Positions 1 through 10,985 of a DNA stretch of 64,000 bases are shown piece after piece. Source of the DNA: the human T2T-CHM13v2.0 reference genome, Homo sapiens; assembly GCF_009914755.1 (NCBI RefSeq), contig NC_060927.1. The stretch is one strand, 5' to 3'. The notes beneath the pieces are model-generated. The model did no database searches, was not told the DNA's origin, and saw nothing but the letters and a program-made list of their open reading frames with translations. Positions within the stretch are counted from its first letter, which is position 1, and each line of letters begins with the position of its first letter. The translations under genes were made by a program, and so were the position numbers.

Positions 1-140
1 GCTAATTTTTGTATTTTTTGGTAGAGATGGGGTTTCAACCATGTTGGCCAGGCTGGTCTTGAACTCCTCACCTCAAGTGATCCACCAGCGTCAGCCTCCC
101 AAAGTGCTGTGATTACAGCCATGAGCCATCATGTCAGGCC
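1..140 (-). mobile_element. Alu, left arm (cut by the window edge)
   Basis: Reverse-complement Alu consensus (gctaatttttgtattttt...cctcccaaagtgct...). Confidence 0.9.
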
Positions 141-180
141 TCCCATGTGTTTTGATTACTGTAGCTTTAGAGTAAGTTTT

Positions 181-856
181 TTTCTTTAATTCTCTTATTT
201 TACTTTAAGTTCTGGGATACATTTGCAGAACGTGCAGATTTGTTACTTAGGTATACATGTGCCATGGTGGTTTGCTGCACCTATCAACCTGTCATCTAGG
301 TCTTAAGCCCTGCATGCATGAGGTATTTGTCCTAATCCTCTCCCTCCCCTTCCCCCCTGCCCCTGACAGGCCCTGGTGTGTGATGTTCCCCTCCCTGTGT
401 CCGTGTGTTCTCATTGTTCAACTCCCACTTACGAGTGAGAACATGCGGTATTTGGTTTTCTGTTCCTGTGTTAGTTTGCTGAGAATGATGGCTTCCAGCT
501 TCATCCATGTCCCTGCAAAGGACACGAACTCATTCTTTTTTTTGGTTGTATAGTATTCCATGGTGTATATGTGCCACATTTTCTTTATCTAGTCTATCAT
601 TGATGGGCATTTGGGTTAGTTCCAAGTCTTTGCTATTGTGAATAGTACTGCAATAAACATACAAGTGCATGTGTCTTTATAGTAGAATGATTTATAATCC
701 TTTGGGTATATACCCAGTAATGGGATTGCTGGGTCAAATGGTATTCCTGGTTCTAGATCCTTGAGGAATCACCACACTGTCTTCCACAATGGTTGAACTA
801 ATTTACACTCCCACCAACAGTCTAAAAGTGTTCCTATTTCTCCACATCCCCTCCAG
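181..856 (-). mobile_element. L1PA 3' UTR/ORF2 end, truncated
   Basis: Typical antisense L1PA 3' end (actttaagttctgggatacat...catgtccctgcaaaggac...gggtatatacccagtaatgggattgctgg). Confidence 0.9.
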
Positions 857-911
857 GTACCCCTAACTTTCCTCAAGCAGCCACCCCAGACCCTTCCCCT
901 ACTCATGTTGT

Positions 912-2140
912 GTGCCCCCTCCTTATAATCCTGGCTCTTGGGGCCATCCCCAGCCTGAATGCCCTCCCCCAAGAAGGCTTCAACATGAGAGAGAAAAATG
1001 TAAAAAGGATATTCAAAATTTCCCTTTCCTCTCCTCCTCAAAAGAGTCTGCCCCAACTCTTTATCCCTTAAGGAAAGTGCCTCTAGGAAGAGGGGGAATT
1101 GGCTTTGTAAATGCCCCCTTAACTAGTTCAGAGGTCAGAAACTTAAGGAAAGAACTTAAACCACTATTAGATGATCATTTTTGGGTCACGGATCAAATGG
1201 ACCAATTTTTAAGACCACAGGTAAACACTTGGAGTGAGCTACTGTCCATCTTAAGTATTCTCTTTTCGGGAGAGGAAAGAACCATAATCCACAGGGCTCC
1301 TATGGTAGTCTCGGAGTGCAAACATCCTCTCATTCAAAATATCCCTGCAGCAAAACAAAAATTTCTTGCCCAAGATCCCCAGTGGGATAATAACTATGCA
1401 GCCCACCGAGAAAACATGAAAGACCTTAGGGAAATGATAGTTAAAAGGATTTGGGAATCAGTGCCTCAAACCCAAAATACTTCCCAAGCATTTAATATAC
1501 AGCAGGGAAATGACGAGGGGCCCATGGAGTTTTTAAACAGACTCAAGGAACAGATAAGAAAACATGCAGGATTAAACGTAAAGGATCCCCTTGGGCAGGA
1601 GATGTTAAACCTCCATTTTGTTACTAATAGTTGGCCAGATATCACAAAGAAATTACAGAAAATAGAAAACTGAAAAGATTGGCCTATAGAAGAAACAAGA
1701 GGGCAGGGAGAGGAGACAGAAAAACTGACAAAGGGAACAAAGGGAGTCAGGGAGAGAGAGAGATGGCGCAGCAGAGAGAGAGAGAGAGGGAGAGACAGAG
1801 AGGCAAAGACAGATGGAGAGGCAGAGAAAGAAAGACAGAGAGCCAGAGAGAGAGGGAGAGAAAGACAGAGAGGCAAAGACAGATGGAGAGGCAGAGAAAG
1901 AAAGACAGAGAGCCAGAGAGAGAGGGAGAGAAAGACAGAGAGCCAGAGAGAGAGGGAGAGAAAGACAGAGAGCCAGAGAGAGAGGGAGAGAAAGACAGAG
2001 AGCCAGAGAGAGAGGGAGAGAAAGACAGAGAGCCAGAGAGAGAGGGAGAGAGAGGCAGAGGGAGAGAAAGAAGACAAAACAAATGTTTCAAATGTGAAAG
2101 AATAGGTCACTTCGAAAGAGAATGCCCCAAATGGGAGAAA
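912..2140 (+). pseudogene. HERV-I-like gag remnant (CA + NC zinc knuckle), interrupted by a stop and a purine-rich repeat
   Basis: ORF 912-1673 (PPPY late-domain motif, MHR-like IQQGNDEGPMEFLNRL) and ORF 1631-2266 (CCHC). Confidence 0.8.
1745..2070 (+). repeat. GA-rich minisatellite: 2 x 70-bp unit plus >=4 perfect 30-bp units
   Basis: aggcaaagacagatggag occurs at 1801 and 1871; agagggagagaaagacagagagccagagag repeats over 1921-2040. Confidence 0.9.
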
Positions 2141-2639
2141 GAAACAAAAGTCATATATAAAAGCAGATCAGCTAATATTAAATTTGTGTTAATTCCAGAG
2201 GCAGGAACAAACCTATTAGGGAGAGATTTAATGCTAAAATTTGGCTTAGGCCTCTATATTAATTAGGGAAAATGTCTCACTTCCCTAAACTTACTCACCA
2301 CCACAGACGAAGAGTATATTCATCCTGACACATGGTCAAAAGAAGGAAATTGGGGAAAATTACAAGTTCCTCTAATCAAGGTCAAATTAAAAACTCGCAG
2401 GGAGGTAGTAAAAAGAAAACAAAATCTCTCTTTTGAAAGCCAAGGAAATAACTTCACAGACCAAATAGCCAAACAAGCCGCCATTTCCTCTGAAACACCC
2501 GTTTTTTCCCTCACCCTTTGCCTTTCTCCCCCAACCACCATTCCCATCTTCTCCCCTGCTGAAAAGGAAAAGTTAATAAGAATAGGAGCCAAGGAAAACT
2601 CAAAAGGGGAAATGAGTGTTGCCAGATCAAAGAGAAATG

Positions 2640-3690
2640 CTATCCAAACTTCGCATGAGTGAGGTTTTATTTCAGCTGCATCAAGGAACCCATTAGGGAC
2701 CTCAAGCTATGTGTGATGCAGTTCTTAGAGTCTGTGGTTGTATAGGAATTTATACTCTAGCAAAACAAGTTACAAATAGTTGTTTAATGTGTGAAAAAAC
2801 TAATAAGCAAACCCTAAGAAAACCACCTCTCAGAGAAAGAAACCCAGGATTAAGGCCATTCCAAATCATCCAAATAAATTACACTGAAATGCCCCCAGTA
2901 GGTTGCCTAAAGTATCTACTAGTAATAGTTAATCACCTTCGTCACTGGGTAGAAGCTATTCCCTTTTCAAGTGCAGCTGCCAATAATGTAGTTAAGGCAT
3001 TAATTGAAAATATACCTAGGTTTGGACCAATGGGAAATATTGACTCAGATAATGGGACCCATTTCACTGCACATGTCATTAAAAAGCTAGCCCAAGTATT
3101 AGAAATTAGATGGGAATACCATACCCCCTGGCACCCACCTTCATCAGGAAGAGTAAAAAGAATGAACCAAACCCTAAAAAGCCACCTGTCCAAATTAGTT
3201 TTAAAGACTTGTCTACCATGGACCAAATGCCTTCCAGTTGCCTTACTGAGGGTCTAAACAGCCCCTTGGAAAGATATTGGCTTATCTCCTTATGAAATGC
3301 TATATGGGTTGCCTATTTACACTCCACTGCTGATACTCCTACATTTGAAACTGAAGATCAATTTCTCAAGAGCTATATACTTGGTCTGTCTTCCACTTTC
3401 CCTTCTCTCACAACTAAAGGCCTTTTAGCACAGATGCCATCCTTGGAGTTCCCAGCACATCAGCATCAGCCTGGGAATCAAGTTCTTATCAAAAGCTGGA
3501 AAGAAGGAAAACTTGAACCAGCTTGGGAAGGACTCTATCTGGTGCTTCTAACTACAGAAACCACTGTCCGCACAGCCAATAGGGGATGAACACACCACAT
3601 GCAAGTGAAGGGAGTGACTTCCACAGCCAGAGAAAAATGGGCCATCACCCTAGGGCCCATTCCTACCAAATTAACTCTAAAAGGGCTTAA
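2640..3690 (+). pseudogene. HERV-I-like integrase remnant
   Basis: ORF 2709-3257 has CLMC (zinc finger) and core motifs; a degenerate C-terminal domain (EPAWEGLYLVLLTT) lies near 3515-3560. Confidence 0.8.
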
Positions 3691-3699
3691 TAATCACTT

Positions 3700-5270
3700 G
3701 TTTATTTTCCCTTTTCTTTCCAAAAGAACGTCATCTCATCATCAATGTGACTCAAACTAATCATCCTTTAACCCTCCAGTTTGATGCTCGTTCAGTCATC
3801 CCATGTGAAGACGAACGAGCTCAGAGGCAGCTATCAAATGTAGATAAGTATCTATGTCCATACCGTAGTGGCTCAACCAAGTATAAGTATGGAGTCTTAA
3901 AAAGTCCCTGTGGTAACTGGACGGATGTTGGTGGACCACCAAATGTGGAGGGTGGACAGTCAGGCCCCCTTCTTCAAACAAGTTGCAAAAACTGAAACAG
4001 GAACTCCAACTTGATTTGTGGTCCCACCCCACCAAATTGTAAGTCATTGCAGTGTAACCCCTTTTTGCTAATTATAGATATTCCCCAAACAACGGCCCAA
4101 TGGCCAATGACCATATTCGAATGGTATGGGTTCGGAGCAGATGTTACAGAATGGGACCCCATAGGAATCTTCTCTCTGAGGTTGGCTAGACCATCGGCTA
4201 AGAACAATAAAAATCCATACCCAGAGTCCGGGAATGTATGGGAACCAACACTCTCTGCAAACATATCAGGCTCAGTGTTCTCCTCCAATCTCCAGAATGA
4301 CCCAACTAAGGTAACAGTTGTGGAGGTAAAAGATTTAAAGCAAACTATAGCTCTAGAGATGGGGTACAAAAGTGCAAATGCCTGGCTGGAATGGATTAAA
4401 TATTCCATCTACACTCTAAACAAAAGCGATTGTTACACTTGTGCGCATGGCAGGCCAGAGGCCCAGATTGTCCCCTTTCCACTCGGATGGTTCTCCAGCC
4501 AACCAAGCATGAACTGTATGGTAGCTCTCTTCCAACACCCCACAGCCTGGGGTAATGAATTGTGCCAAGCTCTCTCTCTGCTATTCCCCAAAGTCCGGCA
4601 CTCTGCAGGTCATTCCCCGAGGGCCATCCAGCTTCCATCTCCTGAAGCCAATTTTATCTCATGTCTCTCACAACAAGGGGAAAACTTAGCATTTCTTGGA
4701 GACCTAAAGGGATGCAGTGAGCTTAAGCCATTCTGAGAGCTAACCAATCAGTCTGCCCTGACCCATCCCCGAGTGGATGTATGGTGGTATTGTGGCGGAC
4801 CATTAGTGGACACTCTCCAAGTAACTGGAGAGACACTTGCACTCTAATCCAATTGACCATCCCTTTCACCCTGGCATTCCATCAACCAAAAAGGATAAAG
4901 ACAAAGCATCGTAAAACAAGAGAGGCCCCTCCTGGGTCTTTTGACCCTCATGTTTATATAGATGCCATTGGAATCCCGAGAGGAGTGCCAGATGAATTTA
5001 AGGCCCCAAATCAGATAGTTGAGGGTTTGAGTCTGTACTATTCTGGTGGTTAACTGTAAATAAAAATGTAGATTGGACAAATTGCATCTATTACAAGCAG
5101 CAATGATTCATTAACTATACTAGAGATGCTATTAAAGGGATAGCTAAACAATTAGGACCCACCAGCCAAATGACTTAGGAAAATAGAATAGTATTAGACA
5201 TGATACTAGCAGAGAAAAGTAGAGTCTATCTCAAAATTGGAACTCAATGTTGTACTTTTATACCTAATAA
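3700..5270 (+). pseudogene. HERV-I-like env remnant, cut in TM by the LTR12 insertion
   Basis: ORFs 4011-4736 (CYTC) and 4781-5053 (furin-like RKTR at ~4910). ISD-like ENRIVLDMILAEK...QCCTFIPNN at 5179-5271. Confidence 0.8.
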
Positions 5271-5790
5271 TAAGAGGTGAAAACAGCTGGACTTCTGGGT
5301 CAAGTGGGGACTTGGAGAACTTTTCTGTCTTACAAGAGGAAATGCACCAATCAGCACTCTGTAGCTAGGATTGTAAAATGCACCAATCAGTGCTCTGTAG
5401 CTAGCTAGAGATTTATAAAATGCACCAATCAGTGCTCTGTAAAAACGCACCAGTCAGTGCTCTGTGGCTAGCTAGAGGTTTGTAAAATGCACCAATCGGT
5501 GCTCTGTAAAATGGACCAATCAGCACCCTGTAAAATGGACCAATCAGCAGGACATGGGACAAATAAGGGAATAAAAGCTGGCAACCCCAGCCAGCAGCAG
5601 CAAACTACTTGGGTCCCCTTTCACACTGTGGAAGCTTTGTTCTTTCACTCTCCACAATAAATCTTGCTGCTGCTCATTCTCTGGGTCCACACCACCTTTA
5701 AGAGCCATAACACTCTCTGCAAAGTTCCGCGGCTTGATTCCTGAAGTCGGTGAGACCACAAACCCACCTATAGGAACCAACTCCAGACAA
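5271..5790 (+). mobile_element. LTR12-family (ERV9) 5' LTR
   Basis: Starts t(a)agaggtga; tandem tgcaccaatcagc/tgctctgt units; gaataaaa TATA-like element at ~5570; AATAAA at 5656-5661; followed by a PBS. Confidence 0.9.
5343..5550 (+). promoter_or_regulatory. NF-Y (CCAAT) repeat array in LTR12 U3
   Basis: Six CCAATC motifs plus one CCAGTC variant in ~210 bp. Confidence 0.75.
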
Positions 5791-5794
5791 ATCT

Positions 5795-5812
5795 TGGCAA
5801 CCCGGATGGAAC
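5795..5812 (+). other. Primer-binding site, tRNA-Arg type
   Basis: TGGCAACCCGGATGGAAC matches 15/18 to the complement of the recalled tRNA-Arg(CCG) 3' end (TGGCGACCCAGATGGGAC); ERV9 is Arg-primed. Confidence 0.7.
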
Positions 5813-7049
5813 TTTCGCCAAGTGGTGAGTACAACTGGACCCCTTTCACTTGCTATTCTGCCTATTTTTTCTTAGAATTTGGGGGCTAAACAGTGGGCAC
5901 CTGTCAGCCAGTTAAAAGCGACTAGCGCAGCCACCAGACTAAAGATATGGGTGTCAGGCTTTCTGGGAAAGGGCTCTCTAACAACCCCCAACTCTTTGGA
6001 GTTGGGAACGTTGGTTTACCTGGATCCAGCTTCCACTTTTCCTGTACTGGGCTGAGCCAAGGGTGACAGAGAGGAAAGCCATTCAGCTCCAGGGTCCTGA
6101 TAAAAAGTTGGTTGACCCTGCAGCCATAAGCAGAACTCTCAAAGTTACATCACCCAAGCGAGACTCGCCCATCTATCCTGTCTATCCTGACCCTTGACTC
6201 CTGGGTCCTAACGCCTGTCAGATGAACTTCCTCCTGCCTCTCTTCTCCAAAGCTAGTTCTGCTTCTAAAAACCACTCCCTGTCTCTGGTGCTTTTCTAGT
6301 TTCTCCTATAAGAATGATTTCTAGTATAAATTTCAGGACTCTGTTCCTTTCTTTAGGCACCCAGCCTCACCAATCAGAAAGACATAATTTTTGCCCAAAG
6401 CCCCACCTAGTGGGGGAGACTATCTGCAATTTTAGGATCCCTCCTCAGTCTAGCAGGCCTAACAAAGGCTATTACCAAAGCTAGGATATGGGGAGCCTCA
6501 TAAATGATATCCTTCCTATTCATATGATGAGAAGTGAGGACAAAATGTATCACTCTTCCAACCCTGGAGATCCCTTCCCTCCCTCAGTGTATGGCCTTCC
6601 ACTCCATTTTTGGGTCATATCATCTTTACAGGACAGGGATAAGGTCCCAATACTAACAGGAGAAAATGCTTAGGACTCTAACAGGTTTTCAAGAATGTGT
6701 CAGTAAGGGCCACTAAATCCAACCTTCCTCGGTCCTCTTTGTGGTCTAAGAGGAAAGGCAAGGGTGCAGGTTTTCAAGAATGTGTCAGTAAGGGCTACTA
6801 AATCTGACCTTCCTCGGTCCTCCTTGTGGTCTAGGAGGAAAACTAGTGTTTCTGCTGCTGCTTTGGTGAGCGCAACTATTCCGATCAGCAGGGTCCAGGG
6901 ACCGTTGCTGGTTCTTGGGCAAGAGGGAGATCTGCTGCTGCGTCAGTGAGCACAACTATTCTGATCAGCAGGGTCCAGGGACTGTTGTGGGTTCTTGGGT
7001 GGGGGAGATAAACAAACAAGCCAAAACCGTGGATGGTTTTTTCTTTCAG

Positions 7050-8518
7050 ATGGGAAACACTCAGGCATCAAGAGCCTCGCTCTTGAAATGCATCCTAAGC
7101 CATTGGGACCAATTTGACCCACAAATCCTGAAAAAGAAGCAGCTTATTTTTTTCTGCACTATGGCCTGGCCCCAATATTCTCTCTCTGATGGGGAAAAAT
7201 GGCCACCCAAGGGAAGTATAAATTACAACACTATCCTGCAGCTTGACATTTTCTGTAAGAGGGAAGGCAAATGGAGTGAAATACCTTATGTCCAAGCTTT
7301 CTTTTCATTGAAGGAGAATCCACAACTATGCAAAGCTTGCAATTTACATCCCACAAGAGGACCTCTCAGCTTACCCCCATATCCTAGCCTCCCTATAGCT
7401 CCCCTTCCTATTAATGATAAGCCTCCTCTAATCTTCCCTACCCAGAAGGAAACAAGCAAAGAAATCTCCAAAGGACCACAAAAACTCCTGGGCTATTGGT
7501 TATGTCCCTTTCAAGCCTTTCAAGCTGTAGGGGGAGGGGAATTTGGCCCAACCTGGCTACATTTTCCCTTCTCCCTCTCTGATTTAAAGCAGATCAAGGT
7601 AGACCTGGGAAAGTTTTCAGATGATCCCAATAGATACATAGATGTCCTACAGGGTCTAGGGCAAACCTCCAACCTCACTTGCAGAGATGTCATGCTATTG
7701 TTAGATCAAACCCTGGCCTTTAATGAAAAGAATGTGGCTTTAGCTGCAGCCCAAGAGTTTGGAGATACATGGTATCTTAGTCAAGTAAATGATAGAATGA
7801 CAGCCGAAGCAAGAGACAAATTCCTACCAGTCAGCAAGCCATCCCCAGTATGGATCCCCACTGGGACCTCAACTCAGATCATGGGGACTGGAGTCACAAA
7901 CATTTGTTGACCTTTGTTCTAGAAGGACTAAGGAGAATTAGGAAAAAGCCCATGAATTATTCAATGATGTCTACCATAACTCAGGGAAAGGAAGAAAATC
8001 CTTCTGCCTTTCTCGAGCGGCTATGGGAGGCCTTAAGAAAATATACTCCCCTGTCACCTGACTCACTCGAGGGATAGTTGATTCTAAAAGATAAGTTTAT
8101 TACCCAGTCAGCTGCAGATATCAGGAGAAAGCTCCAAAAGTGAGCCCTGGGCCCTGAACAAAATCTGGAGGCATTATTAAGCCTGGCAACCTTGGTGTTC
8201 TATAATAGAGACCAAGAGGAACAGGCCAAAAAGGAAAAACGAGATCAGAGAAAGGTTGCAGCCTTAGTCATGGCCCTCAGACAAACAAACCTTGGTGGTT
8301 CAGAGAGGACAGCAAATGGAGCAGGCCAGTCACCCAGTAGGGTTTGTTACCAGTGTGGTTTGCAAGGGCACCTTAAAAAAGATTGTCTGACGAGAAACAA
8401 GCTGCCCCATCGTCCGTGTCCACTATGCTGAGGCAGTCACTGGAAGGCACACTGCCCCAGAGGACAAAGGTTCTCTGGGCCGGAAGCCCCCAACCAGATG
8501 ATCCAACAACAGGACTGA
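7050..8518 (+). pseudogene. ERV9 gag (open 7050-7910; frameshift and stops downstream)
   Basis: MGNTQ myristoylation-type start, PPYP, GKFSDDP, ITQGKEENPSAFLERL (MHR), CYQCGLQGHLKKDC knuckle; ends QQQD-TGA. Confidence 0.88.
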
Positions 8519-10985
8519 GGGTGCCCAGGGGAAGCACCAGCTCATGTCATCACCCTCACTGAGCCCCAGGTAAGTTTAACCACTGAGGGCCAGGAAATTG
8601 ACTTCCTCCTGGACAGTGGCATGGCCTTCTCAGTGTCAATCTCCTGCCCCAGAAGGCTGTCCTCAAGGTCCGTTACCATCCGAGGAATCCTGGGACAGCC
8701 TGTAACCTGTTACTTCTCCCACCTCCTCAGTTGTAATTGGGAGACTTTGCTCTTTTCACATGCCTTTCTTGTTATGCCCGAAAGTCCCACATCCTTATTA
8801 GGGAGGGACATATTAGCCAAAGCTGGAGCTATTATCTATATGAATATGGGGAACAAGTTACCCATTTGTTGTCCCCTACTTGAGGAGGGAATCAACCCTG
8901 AAGTCTGGGCATTGGAAGGGCAATTTGGAAAGGCAAAACATGCCTGCCCAGTCCAAATCAGGCTAAAAGACCCCACCACTTTTCCTTATCAAAGGCAATA
9001 TCCCTTAAGGCCTGAAGCTCATAAAGGATTACAGGATACCGTTAGACATTTAAAAGCTCAAGTCTTAGTAAGAAAATGCAGCAGTCCCTGCAACACCACA
9101 ATTGTAGGAGTACAAAAACCGAATTGTCAGTGGAGACTAGTGCAAGATCTTAGACTCATCAATGAGGGAGTAATTCCTCTATATCCGGTTGTACCCAATC
9201 CCTATACCCTGCTCTCTCAAATACCATGGGAGGCAGAAGGGTTCATGGTTCTGGACCTCAAGGATGCCTCCTTCTGTATTCCTCTGCACTCTGACTCCCA
9301 GTTTCTCTTTGCCTTCAAGGATCCCACAGACCACACGTCCCAACTTACATGGATGGTCTTGCCCCAAGGGTTTAGGGATAGCCCTCATCTGTTTGGTCAA
9401 ACACTGGCCCAAGATCTAGGCCACTTCTCAAGTCCAGGCACTCTGGTCCTTCAGTATATGGATGATTTAATTTTGGCTACAAGTTCAGAAGACTCATGCC
9501 AGCAGACTACTCTAGATCTCTTGAACTTTCTAGCTAACCAAGGTTACAAGGCATCTAAATCGAAGGCCCAGCTCTGCCTACAACAAGTTAAATATCTAGG
9601 CCTAATCTTAGCCAGAGGAAACAGGGCCCTCAGCAAGGAATGAATACAGCCTATACTGGCTTATCCTCACCCTAAGACATTAAAACAATTGTGGGGGTTC
9701 CTTGGAATCACTGGCTTTTTCCAACTATGGATCCCCAGATACAGCAAGATAGCCAGGCCCCTCCATACTCTAATCAAGGAGACCCAGAGGGCAAATACTC
9801 ATCTAGTAGAATGGGAACTAGAAGCAGAAACAGCCTTCAAAACCTTAAAACAGGCCCTAGTACAAGATTCAGTCTTAAGCCTTCCCACAGGACAAAACTT
9901 CTCTTTATACATCACAGAGAGAGCAGGAATAGTTCTTGGGAATACTCAGACTGGTGGGACAACCCCACAACCAGTGGCATACCTAAGTAAGGAAACTGAT
10001 ATAGTAGCAAAAGGCTGGCCTCACTGTTTACATGTAGTTGCGGCGGTGGCCATCTTAGTATCAGAGGAATACAAGGAAAGGGTCTCATTGTCTGGACTAC
10101 TCATGATGTAAATGGCATACTAGGTGCCAAAGGAAGTTTATGGCTATCAGACAACTGCCTGCTTAGATACCAGGTGCTACTCCTTGAGGGACCGGTGCTT
10201 CAAATATGCATATATGTGGCCCTTAACCCTGCCACTGCTCTCTCAGAGGATGGAGAACCAATTGAGCATGACTGCCAACAAATTATAGTCCAGACTTAGA
10301 CTGCCCAAGAGGATCTCTTGGAAGTCACCTTAGCTAATCCTGACCTTAACCTATATACCAATGGAAGTTCATTTGTGGAGAATGGGATACGAAGGGCAGG
10401 TTATGCCATAGTTAGTGATGTAACAGTACTTGAAAGTAAGCCTCTTTCTCCAGGGACCAGCACCCAGTTAGCAGAACTAGTGGCACTTACCCGAGCCTTA
10501 GAACTGGGAAAGGGAAAAAGAATAAATGTGTACACAGATAGCAAGTATGCTTATCTAATCCTACATGCCCATGCTGCAAAATGGAAAGAAAGGGAGTTCC
10601 TAACCTCTGGGGGAACCCCCATTAAATACCACAAGGAAATAATGGAGTTATTGAATGCAGTGCAAAAACCCAAGGAGGTGGCTGTCTTACACTGCCAAAG
10701 CCATCAGAAAGGTGAAGGAGAAAAGGCAGAAGGAAACCGTTGGACAGATGCTGAGGCCAAAATTGCTGCCAGGTGGAACCTCCCATTAGAAATACATACA
10801 GAAGGACCCTTGGTATGGAACAACCCTCTCCAAGAGATTAAGCCCCAGTATTCCCTGACTGAAACAGAATGGGGACTTTCACAGGGGCACAGTTTTCTCC
10901 CCTGGGTGGTTAATGACAGAAGAGGGAAAGGTACTCATAACCAAAGCCAGCCAGTGGAAAATACTTAAAACCCTCCACCAAAATT
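8519..10985 (+). pseudogene. ERV9 pro-pol (protease, RT, RNase H), disrupted
   Basis: FLLDSGM protease motif (~8603-8623), LPQGF, YMDD (9455-9466), stop at 9641-9643, RNase H LYTNGSS...YTDSKY. Confidence 0.9.

Larger units (their letters stand above)
857..5270 (+). mobile_element. HERV-I-like (HERVIP10 group) internal region: decayed gag, deleted pro/pol, integrase, env; no LTR
   Basis: Capsid NAPLTSSEVRNLRKELKPLLDD, CCHC knuckle CFKCERIGHFEREC, integrase IDSDNGTHF...WHPPSSGRV, env GIPRGVPDEFKA. Confidence 0.85.
5791..10985 (+). mobile_element. ERV9/HERV9 internal region (leader, gag, pro-pol), 3' truncated in early integrase
   Basis: Follows LTR12 + PBS; HERV-W/ERV9-type gag and pol translations; no env or 3' LTR seen. 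Confidence 0.88.

Noticed and set aside
1466-2110. Long Leu/Ser-rich ORFs (214 aa, 114 aa)
   Set aside because: Antisense readings of the GA-rich repeat, which cannot contain stop codons.
5343-5550. Repeat-spacer-like array resembling CRISPR
   Set aside because: Standard LTR12 U3 CCAAT repeats in a eukaryotic genome; the spacers are related to each other and there are no cas genes.
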